Assembly: GCA_963695545.1 (NCBI GenBank)
Contig: OY968796.1
Location: 3,840,001-3,904,000 of the forward strand
Length of the DNA: 64,000 bases
Source: Terriglobia bacterium
GTDB lineage: Bacteria > Acidobacteriota > Terriglobia > Acidiferrales > UBA7541
Direction: 5' to 3'
Both the position numbers and the translations under genes were made by a program. Position 1 is the first letter of the stretch, and the number at the start of each line of letters is the position of its first letter. This document shows positions 56,020 through 64,000 of this stretch, piece after piece. The notes under the pieces are model-generated. The model was not told the origin of the DNA. It saw only the letters and a program-made list of their open reading frames with translations, and did no database searches.

Positions 56020-57538
56020 GGCCAAACGGCCCCAACGGCAGGAATATCGAATAGCCGGCCAAATGGACGAAAGGTTCGGGGTAAATTCCAGCTGCGAGAG
56101 TGACAAAGCACATCACGGTCATGGCTATCGTTTGCGCCATGGATATCGGTACGCGGCTGTGATCGGTGCCGTCCTTGAGCCAGGCGTGGACCACGACGCG
56201 GAAATAATAATAAAGTGCGGGCACGATATACAGCGCCGCAAAGACGGCCAGCGTGTAGTGCTGCGCCTGGATCAGCGCAAGGAAAATAAAATACTTGCCC
56301 ATGAATCCCGCCAGCGGTGGTATGCCCGCAAGCGACAGCATGAAAATCAGCAGCAGCAGTGCGGCCACAGGGCTGCGACGATACAGCCCGTTCAAATCGT
56401 CCAGTTCGTCGCCAGCCAAACCCCGGCGCTGCAGCACGATCAGCACGCCAAACGCGCCCGCGGTCATGAACACGTAGACCATCAGGTAGTAGGAGATCCC
56501 CACAAGTCCCGTTTCGTTTCCGGCGACCAGGCCCAACAGAATATATCCCACGTGGGAAATCGAAGAGTACGCCAGCATACGCTTGACGTTGGTTTGCGTG
56601 AGCGCCGCAAAATTACCGAGCGTGAGCGACGCGACCGCGACGCCCACCAGAATCATTTCCCAATTCACGCGCGCGGGCCAAAACGCCGTCAGAAACAGGC
56701 GCAACAGCAGCGCGAAGCTCGCCGTCTTCGACGCTACGCTGACGTAGGCAGTAATCGTCGTCGGCGCGCCCTCATACACATCCGGCGCCCATTGGTGGAA
56801 CGGCACGGCGGCCACCTTGAAGAAAAGGCCCACCGCAACCGTCACCAGCGCCAGCATCACCAGCAAAATGCCAGCCCCGTGCTGGTCCACCATGATTTGC
56901 ACTGCCGCGTTCACCGCGGCCAGGCTCGTGCGCGGGACATCCGGTCCGAATAAATCCTTTAAATCGGCCGTGGCTGAAATGCCATACAGCAGCGAAAATC
57001 CGTAGGCCAGAATGCCCGAGCTAAATGCGCCGAGCAGAAAATATTTCACCGCGGCTTCATTCGAGCGCTTGTCGCGGCGCAAGAAACCGACCAACACGTA
57101 GAAGCTGAGTGCCATCGTTTCAAGGCCCAGGAACTGGACCACCAGATCGATGCCCGCGGCCATGAACATCATGCCGACCGTCGCGAAAAGCAGCAGCGCG
57201 TAATATTCTCCGTGATTTTCGCCGACGGTCGAAAGGTACTTCACCGAAAGGAGGATCACGAGCGCCGTCGCGGCCAAAAATAGCGCGCCGAAGAAAATGT
57301 AGAACGGGTCCACCAGAATCGAATAATGGAATGCGACGGACGCATCCGGCGGCAGATCGCGCAATCGCCACAGTGAAAACCCGCTGAACGCGACACCCAG
57401 CAGGGCCATTACGGCGTTCCAATATTTGTACTGATCTTCGAGCAGAAAATCGGTCAGCAGAATGCCCAAGCCGAACAGCACAAGCTGCACTTCGGGCAGG
57501 AGCAGAAAGAAATCGTGGTGTAGCGCGGCGTTGTCCAT
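56015..57538 (-). CDS. nuoN: NADH-quinone oxidoreductase subunit N (cluster 2)
   Basis: EAAVKYFLLG, FKVAAVPFHQWAPDVYEGAP, KRMLAYSSISHVGY. Confidence 0.95.
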   Translation of the reverse strand: MDNAALHHDFFLLLPEVQLVLFGLGILLTDFLLEDQYKYWNAVMALLGVAFSGFSLWRLRDLPPDASVAFHYSILVDPFYIFFGALFLAATALVILLSVKYLSTVGENHGEYYALLLFATVGMMFMAAGIDLVVQFLGLETMALSFYVLVGFLRRDKRSNEAAVKYFLLGAFSSGILAYGFSLLYGISATADLKDLFGPDVPRTSLAAVNAAVQIMVDQHGAGILLVMLALVTVAVGLFFKVAAVPFHQWAPDVYEGAPTTITAYVSVASKTASFALLLRLFLTAFWPARVNWEMILVGVAVASLTLGNFAALTQTNVKRMLAYSSISHVGYILLGLVAGNETGLVGISYYLMVYVFMTAGAFGVLIVLQRRGLAGDELDDLNGLYRRSPVAALLLLIFMLSLAGIPPLAGFMGKYFIFLALIQAQHYTLAVFAALYIVPALYYYFRVVVHAWLKDGTDHSRVPISMAQTIAMTVMCFVTLAAGIYPEPFVHLAGYSIFLPLGPFGH

Positions 57539-57543
57539 GGGCG

Positions 57544-59151
57544 CTATGGAGTGCTCCCGGGGGCGGCGGGCGGCAAGGCGGCCGGGGCGCTAGGCGCCGG
57601 CGTCGCCATGCTCGGCGGCGCGGGCGAACCGTAGTAGCCCGGATTAACTTCCTGGACCAATTCGCGCACCGGCCGATCGAGAACGCGGAACAGCGGCTTC
57701 GGGTAAATGCCGATCCAGAACGCGAGAATGATCAATGGAATCACCGTAGCGTATTCGCGCGCGTTCATATCGGCCAGGTGTTCGTTCGCGGGGTTGGTGA
57801 TGCTGCCGAAAATCACGCGTTGATAGAGCCATAACAAATACGCCGCGCCGAGCACAATGCCGAGCGACGCCCAAGCCGCCCACGCAAAGCTGACCTCAAA
57901 CACGCCGCGAAGAATCGTGAATTCGCCGATGAAGCCGTTGAGCAGCGGCAGACCGAGCGAGCTCAGCGTGATGATCATATACGCGGCGGCGAAATTCGGC
58001 ATCGGGGTCGCAAGGCCGCCAAATTCCGAAATCAATCGCGTGTGCCGCCGCTCGTAAAGCATGCCCACGATCAAGAACAAGCCGCCAGTCGAAATCCCAT
58101 GATTGATCTGCTGGATCACGCTTCCCGTCAGCCCGTTGGGCGTGAGCGCGAAAATTCCCAGCGTGCAAAAGCCCAGATGGCTTACCGAGCTGTAGGCGAT
58201 CAGGCGCTTCATATCTTTCTGCATCATGCAAACCAGCGCGCCGTAAATGATGCCGATGATCGACAGCGTGACCATGATCGAAACGATGTGGTGCCGCGCC
58301 ACGGGATCGGTCGGCAGCAGCGCGAGCGAAAAGCGAATGAAGCCGTAGGTGCCCATCTTCAACAGCACGCCGGCCAGGATCACGGAGCCCGCCGTGGGGG
58401 CCTCGGTGTGCGCATCGGGCAGCCAGGTGTGAAACGGGAACATCGGCACCTTGATCGCGAACGCGAAGAAGAATCCCCAGAACAGCCACTGCTGCGTCAC
58501 GGTGGAAAGCTGCGGCACGCAACCGAGCAGCGACTGCACGTCAAACGTGAACACGCCCGACAATTCTGCGTACTTGAAATAAAGCGCCAGAATCGCGAGC
58601 AGCATCACCACCGAACCCGCCAGGGTATACAGGAAAAATTTGATGGCCGCGTACAGCCGCCGATCGCTTCCCCACACGCCGATCAGGAAATACATCGGCA
58701 CGAGCATCACTTCCCAGAAAACGTAAAACAGGAAAAAATCGAGCGACATGAAAACGCCCAGCATCCCGGTCTGCAAGAGCAGAAACAGAATGTAATATTC
58801 CTTCCTGCGCAGTTTGATCGCGCTCCACGACGAGAGTATCGAGATCGCGCCCAGCAGCGTCGTCAGCATCACCAGCAGCAACGAGATGCCGTCGATCCCC
58901 AGCGAATAATGCGCACCGATCGAAGGAATCCATTCGGCGCTTTCGCCAAATTGAAACCGCGGCGCCGCGGCGCTTAGACTGAAACGCCACACGAGCGGCA
59001 ATGAAATCGCAAAGCCCAGCATGCCGAAAAAATTCCCGAGCACTCGATGGACGTTTTCGCTGTCGCGCGGCATCAGCAACAGCACAATCGCCCCCACCAG
59101 CGGCGTGAACAGCACGACGCTCAGGATATGCGCGTTATAGAATTGCATCAC
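57544..59151 (-). CDS. nuoM: NADH-quinone oxidoreductase subunit M (cluster 2)
   Basis: FWEVMLVPMYFLIG, IKVPMFPFHTWLPDAHTEAP. Confidence 0.95.
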   Translation of the reverse strand: MMQFYNAHILSVVLFTPLVGAIVLLLMPRDSENVHRVLGNFFGMLGFAISLPLVWRFSLSAAAPRFQFGESAEWIPSIGAHYSLGIDGISLLLVMLTTLLGAISILSSWSAIKLRRKEYYILFLLLQTGMLGVFMSLDFFLFYVFWEVMLVPMYFLIGVWGSDRRLYAAIKFFLYTLAGSVVMLLAILALYFKYAELSGVFTFDVQSLLGCVPQLSTVTQQWLFWGFFFAFAIKVPMFPFHTWLPDAHTEAPTAGSVILAGVLLKMGTYGFIRFSLALLPTDPVARHHIVSIMVTLSIIGIIYGALVCMMQKDMKRLIAYSSVSHLGFCTLGIFALTPNGLTGSVIQQINHGISTGGLFLIVGMLYERRHTRLISEFGGLATPMPNFAAAYMIITLSSLGLPLLNGFIGEFTILRGVFEVSFAWAAWASLGIVLGAAYLLWLYQRVIFGSITNPANEHLADMNAREYATVIPLIILAFWIGIYPKPLFRVLDRPVRELVQEVNPGYYGSPAPPSMATPAPSAPAALPPAAPGSTP

Positions 59152-59163
59152 GGCGTCTCGCTC

Positions 59164-61299
59164 CTAATGCCACAGGTTCGCCATTGTGAATCCCGCGGCG
59201 TGCAGGTAATACCCGATAAACACCAGCAAGCCCACCACGATCAGCAGTGCGTAACTTCCGACTCGTCCGGTCTGCAGCATGCGCATCGGATAGCTCACCA
59301 GCCAGAAGATGCGCGCGCCCAGATTCACCAGGCCGTCCACGAACCACTTGTCCCACCACGCGGAAACCAGCCCCGTGGCTCGCGTAAGCCGCCCCGCGCC
59401 GTTGATGAACAGCCCGTCGATGAAAATGCGATCGAACGCACCGAGCCCCAGCGCCAGATCCTTCACGCGATTCACGAACATCGCATCGTAAATCTGATCC
59501 ACGTAATATTTGTTGTAGACCAATCGATAAAGTCCGCCGGCGCTCGCCGCAATTTTCGCCGGCAAATCCGTGCGCTTGAGATACAGATAGTACGCGAGCA
59601 GAATGCCCGCGAGCGCCACGCCCACCGACAAAGCCATTAGCAGCAATTCCGGTGTTGCTTCGCCTGCTTCCTTCTCCGCCTCTTGCGGCGCCGCCGGCGC
59701 TTCCACTTCATCATGGCGCAGCGAAAGACTCGCCGGCGAAGCAGGGCCTTCCGTCAGCATCCCCATCGCGGGGGGCGCGACCACCGGATCCAGGAATTTC
59801 TCGAATCGTCCGTCGATTCCCACCAATCCGCCCACGATCGAGAGCAACGCCAGAATCACTAGCGGCACAGTCATGCTCGCCGGCGATTCGTGAATGCGGT
59901 GCTCGGCCTCCGGCGAGACGCGCGATTCGCCGCTAAACGTCAGAAATAGCAGCCGGAACATATAGAACGCCGTCACGCCCGCCGTGATCCATCCCACCAG
60001 CCACAAAAGGTGGCTCGCGCCGAACGTGCGTCCCAGAATTTCGTCCTTGCTGAAAAATCCTGCGAGCGGCGGAATTCCGGAGATCGCGAGCGTGGCCGCC
60101 AGCATCGTGCGATATGTCGTCGGAATTTTCTTCGCCAGGCCGCCCATCTTCAGCATGTCCTGCTCGCCGCTCATGGCATGAATCACGCTGCCCGCCGCGA
60201 GAAACAGCAGACCCTTGAAGAACGCGTGCGTCATCAGATGAAAAATGCCCGCGCTGAACGCGCCCACGCCGCACGCCAGAAACATGTAGCCCAGTTGCGA
60301 AATCGTCGAATACGCCAGCACTTTCTTGATGTCGGTCTGCAGCACTCCGATAGTGGCCGCGAAAATCGCCGTCGCCGCGCCCACTCCCGCCATCACCTCG
60401 AGCGCCAGCGGCGCCATCGAAAAAATCGCGCTCGTGCGCACCACCATATACACGCCGGCCGTCACCATCGTCGCCGCGTGGATGAGCGCGCTCACCGGCG
60501 TCGGGCCTTCCATCGCATCCGGCAACCAAACGTACAACGGCAATTGCGCCGATTTGCCCGTCGCGCCGACAAACAGCAGAAGCGCAATCGCAGTCAGCGC
60601 GGCATCGCCGTGATGGAAATTCCCCAGCGCGATCGCCGGCCAAAGCTGCGTGAAATTGATCGTGCCCAGCGTGCCCGCCATCAGAAAAACGCCGAGGATA
60701 AATCCCGCGTCGCCGATGCGGTTCACGATGAAAGCCTTCTTCCCCGCGTCCGTCGCCGACTTCTTGTGGAAGTAAAATCCGATCAAAAGGTAGCTGCACA
60801 AACCGACGCCTTCCCACCCGACGAACATCTCCAGAATGTTGTTCGCCAGCACGAGCGTCAGCATCGAGAACATGAAAAGATTCAGATAGCCGAAGAAACG
60901 ATAGTAGCCGCCCTCGTGCGACATATATCCGATCGAATACACGTGAATCAGAAAGCCTACGCCGGTCACGACACCCAGCATCACAACCGTCAGCGGATCG
61001 AACAAATATCCCCACTGCGCGTCGAAGCGCACAAGCTGTCCCGCCGTGGTGTGCATCGCTCCCGCAGGCAGCCAATCGAACAGCACATACTCGACCACGC
61101 GTTGCGAAACCGGCCGCGCCAGCAACTGCAAAATCGCGCCGAACGCATACAACATCGAGAGGAACACGCCCCCGACGCAAAACACGTTCACCGCGGCTTT
61201 GGGAAAGTGACGCCCGAAAAGCAGCATCATCGCCGCGGCCGCCAGAGGAAACAGCGGTATCAGCCACACATGCGCCAGAAAATATTCTGTCGGCATCAC
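59164..61299 (-). CDS. nuoL: NADH-quinone oxidoreductase subunit L (cluster 2)
   Basis: GWEGVGLCSY, GKSAQLPLYVWLPDAMEGPTP. Confidence 0.96.
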   Translation of the reverse strand: MMPTEYFLAHVWLIPLFPLAAAAMMLLFGRHFPKAAVNVFCVGGVFLSMLYAFGAILQLLARPVSQRVVEYVLFDWLPAGAMHTTAGQLVRFDAQWGYLFDPLTVVMLGVVTGVGFLIHVYSIGYMSHEGGYYRFFGYLNLFMFSMLTLVLANNILEMFVGWEGVGLCSYLLIGFYFHKKSATDAGKKAFIVNRIGDAGFILGVFLMAGTLGTINFTQLWPAIALGNFHHGDAALTAIALLLFVGATGKSAQLPLYVWLPDAMEGPTPVSALIHAATMVTAGVYMVVRTSAIFSMAPLALEVMAGVGAATAIFAATIGVLQTDIKKVLAYSTISQLGYMFLACGVGAFSAGIFHLMTHAFFKGLLFLAAGSVIHAMSGEQDMLKMGGLAKKIPTTYRTMLAATLAISGIPPLAGFFSKDEILGRTFGASHLLWLVGWITAGVTAFYMFRLLFLTFSGESRVSPEAEHRIHESPASMTVPLVILALLSIVGGLVGIDGRFEKFLDPVVAPPAMGMLTEGPASPASLSLRHDEVEAPAAPQEAEKEAGEATPELLLMALSVGVALAGILLAYYLYLKRTDLPAKIAASAGGLYRLVYNKYYVDQIYDAMFVNRVKDLALGLGAFDRIFIDGLFINGAGRLTRATGLVSAWWDKWFVDGLVNLGARIFWLVSYPMRMLQTGRVGSYALLIVVGLLVFIGYYLHAAGFTMANLWH

Positions 61300-61309
61300 G
61301 TCGCGCGCC

Positions 61310-61612
61310 CTACCATTTCAGCAAATCCATCTCGTCGCCCAGCACTGTCTCGCGATTGCGGAAAAACGCGATCAAAATCCCGAGCCCAACCGCGGCCTCA
61401 GCCGCCGCATCGGTGATGATAAAAATCGCGAATACCTGCCCTTCGACCGATCCTACCAGCCGCGAAAACGCGATCAAATTGATATTCACCGCGTTCAGGA
61501 TCAATTCGACGGACATCAAAATGATGACGACGTTCCGCCGCGTGATCACGCCGATCACGCCGATCAGAAACATCGCCATGCTCAGAAACAAATAGTGCCC
61601 TGTCGAAATCAA
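61310..61612 (-). CDS. nuoK: NADH-quinone oxidoreductase subunit K (cluster 2)
   Basis: VELILNAVNINL, DAAAEAAVGLG. Confidence 0.94.
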   Translation of the reverse strand: MISTGHYLFLSMAMFLIGVIGVITRRNVVIILMSVELILNAVNINLIAFSRLVGSVEGQVFAIFIITDAAAEAAVGLGILIAFFRNRETVLGDEMDLLKW

Positions 61613-61625
61613 CGATCCCTCCGCC

Positions 61626-62135
61626 TCAAACCCTGCGCTTGGCCATCACCACCGCGCCAACCATGGCCACAAGCAACAGCACCGACGCGATTTCAAACGG
61701 CAGCATGTAAGTCGAAAACAGCGCGCGCCCAACCATTTCCGTATTTGGCTGCAGCACAGACGCCGGCGGCGCGCCCGATCCCGGCGGCAAGCCCGTGCGC
61801 CCGATGCGTATGGCCAGCGCGATTTGCGCGCCCAAGACGAGCGCAATCAGCGTGGCCACCCACGCCTGCCGGCGAAAACGCATCTGGTGCATGGCCACGT
61901 CAAGATTCACGAGCATGATCACGAAAACAAAGAGCACCATGATCCCGCCGACGTACAAAATGATCTGCACGATGAACAAGAACTCAGCCTGCAATTGCAG
62001 AAAAATCCCAGCGGTCGCGAGCAGCGCGGTGATCAGAAAGATCGCGCTTTGCACCGCACTGCGCCGCGTCACCACCAGAATCGAGGAGACAATCGCCAGC
62101 ACGGCGAAAAAATAAAATACAATCAGGTCAAGCAT
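61626..62135 (-). CDS. nuoJ: NADH-quinone oxidoreductase subunit J (cluster 2)
   Basis: AEFLFIVQIILYVGGIMVLFVFVIMLVN, PFEIASVLLLVA. Confidence 0.94.
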   Translation of the reverse strand: MLDLIVFYFFAVLAIVSSILVVTRRSAVQSAIFLITALLATAGIFLQLQAEFLFIVQIILYVGGIMVLFVFVIMLVNLDVAMHQMRFRRQAWVATLIALVLGAQIALAIRIGRTGLPPGSGAPPASVLQPNTEMVGRALFSTYMLPFEIASVLLLVAMVGAVVMAKRRV

Positions 62136-63492
62136 CGCGGCCCGTTCCCCAGAATTCGCCCACAATCGCCTCGCTCGGCTCCTTGCGCTCTCCGGCCGCG
62201 CCTAGATACACCGCGACCACGGCCGTCAGCGCCGTCGTCAGCGGCAGCGCGAGCCAAAGGCTCCAACCGAACGCGCGATGCAGCGCCAAACCCGTCGCGA
62301 TTCCCACCACGTTCACGATCGAAACCGGAATCAAAAATTGCCATCCGAGGCGCATCAACTGATCGAACCGATAGCGCGGAAATGTGAATCGCAGCCACAT
62401 GAACAGGTAAATATACAAAAACACTTTCAGCAAAAACCAGAATCCCCCGTGAAGAGAAGCTTTCCAACCCGCCACCATGCTCCCCGCCGGCGCCACCAGC
62501 GGCCCGACCAGCGCCACAGCGAACAGCGCGAAAAGCCCCGCCACCGCAACCATCACCAGTTTCTGAATTCCCACCGGCTGCTTCGGCGCGCGAAACAAAC
62601 AATAGCCCGCAATTCCCACCATCAGAATCGGCGGCAGCCAATCCAGAAAATTCAGAGCCGGCGTTGCGGCAAACGGACGCAGCCATCCGCCCAGAAAAAG
62701 TGTCGTGGCGATCGCCGCGACCACCACCATGTTCGTATATTCCGCAAGAAAATAAAGTGCCCAGCGAAATCCGCTGAACTCCGTCATGTACCCGGCTACG
62801 AGCTCCGATTCCGCTTCCGGCATATCGAACGGCGCGCGATTGGTTTCCGCAATCGACGCGATCAGGTAAATAAAAAATGCGATCGGCGTCGCGAAGATGA
62901 ACCACATTCCATGCGCGGCCTGCACTTCGACGATCCCGCGAATCGAAAGTGTCCCGGCCATCAGCAGCGCGCCTACAATCGCCATGCCCGCCGCGGTTTC
63001 GTAACTCACCAATTGCGCCGCGCTGCGCATCGCTCCCAGCAGCGAATAATGGCTGTTCGAGGCCCATCCGCCCAGCACGATCCCGAAAATTCCCATCGCG
63101 CCGATGCCCACCACGAACAACAATCCAATATTCAGCTCGGCGATCTGAAATCCCGGACCAAACGCCAGCGCCGACATCGCCAGCATCGCCGCCGTCACCG
63201 AAAGCAGCGGCGCGAGCCAAAAAATCATGCGGTCGGCGCTTTCCGGAACGATGTCTTCTTTCAGCAGCAGCTTCACCGCATCGGCGATCGGTTGCAGCAA
63301 TCCGTGCGGGCCCACGCGCATCGGGCCCAGCCGCACCTGCATGTGCGCCATCACTTTGCGCTCGAGCAACACGATGTAGCCCGCGATCAGCGGCAGCACG
63401 CCCACGATCACCAGCGCAAAAATCAGCGGCAGCACGTAGGGCTTCAGCGGGCCCTGCGCCAAGCCGATGATCTTTTGTAATGTGGCGTGCAT
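62128..63492 (-). CDS. nuoH: NADH-quinone oxidoreductase subunit H (cluster 2)
   Basis: ERKVMAHMQVRLGP, ETNRAPFDMPEAESEL, PRYRFDQLM. Confidence 0.96.
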   Translation of the reverse strand: MHATLQKIIGLAQGPLKPYVLPLIFALVIVGVLPLIAGYIVLLERKVMAHMQVRLGPMRVGPHGLLQPIADAVKLLLKEDIVPESADRMIFWLAPLLSVTAAMLAMSALAFGPGFQIAELNIGLLFVVGIGAMGIFGIVLGGWASNSHYSLLGAMRSAAQLVSYETAAGMAIVGALLMAGTLSIRGIVEVQAAHGMWFIFATPIAFFIYLIASIAETNRAPFDMPEAESELVAGYMTEFSGFRWALYFLAEYTNMVVVAAIATTLFLGGWLRPFAATPALNFLDWLPPILMVGIAGYCLFRAPKQPVGIQKLVMVAVAGLFALFAVALVGPLVAPAGSMVAGWKASLHGGFWFLLKVFLYIYLFMWLRFTFPRYRFDQLMRLGWQFLIPVSIVNVVGIATGLALHRAFGWSLWLALPLTTALTAVVAVYLGAAGERKEPSEAIVGEFWGTGRDA

Positions 63493-63495
63493 CGA

Positions 63496-63999
63496 TTAGC
63501 GGTCCACTTCTCCGAGCACGATGTCGAGCGTGCCGATAATCGCCACCACGTCCGCCACCAAGTGCCCGCGCACCATCTTGTCGAACGCTTCCAAATTGAT
63601 CAGCGACGGCGGCCGGATGCGCACGCGATACGGTTGCGTCGTGCCGTCGCTCACGATGTAGTAGCCCAGCTCGCCCTTCGGCGCTTCGATCGAATGATAG
63701 ACCTCGCCCGGCGGCGGCTTCAGCACCTTACCGACCTTCCCCATGATCGGCCCGGCCGGAATCGCTTCCACAGCCTGCAAGCAAATCTTGCGCGATTGGC
63801 GCATCTCTTCCATGCGCACGATGTAGCGGTCGTAGGTGTCGCCATTCTTGCCGATGGGAATCTCAAATTCATATTGATCGTACGCCGCGTAAGGCATGGC
63901 CTTGCGAATGTCCCACTTCACGCCGCTGCCGCGCAGCACCGGCCCCGACGCTCCGTAAGCAATCGCATCTTCTGCCGAGATCACGCCGATCCCCTTCGT
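63496..63999 (-). CDS. nuoD: NADH-quinone oxidoreductase subunit D (cluster 2), 5'-truncated by window edge
   Basis: [26 protein letters not shown]-terminus; 3 bp upstream of nuoH. Confidence 0.93.
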   Translation of the reverse strand, partial: TKGIGVISAEDAIAYGASGPVLRGSGVKWDIRKAMPYAAYDQYEFEIPIGKNGDTYDRYIVRMEEMRQSRKICLQAVEAIPAGPIMGKVGKVLKPPPGEVYHSIEAPKGELGYYIVSDGTTQPYRVRIRPPSLINLEAFDKMVRGHLVADVVAIIGTLDIVLGEVDR

Positions 64000-64000
64000 G

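Overview
GC-rich bacterial chromosomal window whose gene content points to Acidobacteriota (ADOP-type orphan permease, S53/Ig-like surface protease, PEP-CTERM proteins, split nuo/atp clusters); this assignment is an inference. The left and central parts alternate core genes (tdh, tRNA-Thr, M24 peptidase, yggS, tmk-holB-hfq-like, ribA, thiS) with accessory DNA. The accessory DNA includes a standalone 1224-aa nuclease-NTPase (candidate defence protein), dense REP-like hairpin mosaics carrying nested 20-30-nt insertions, and three related ~300-400-bp non-coding elements. The most notable feature is a cassette repeated three times at 29.3-38.4 kb: a putative GNAT-fold/LuxR-type HTH regulator transcribed divergently from a highly acidic PEP-CTERM gene. 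Each pair shares an ungapped promoter motif containing a 15-bp palindrome (consensus GCCCTCT-W-AGAGGGC) that abuts the -35 box. The right 23 kb holds two convergent complex I clusters: nuoA-C-D-EF(fused)-G-H-J-K-L-M-N, and a second cluster (nuoD-H-J-K-L-M-N, no E/F/G between D and H) that runs into atpZ-atpI-atpB-atpE. All calls come from motif reading by eye; no database searches were run.
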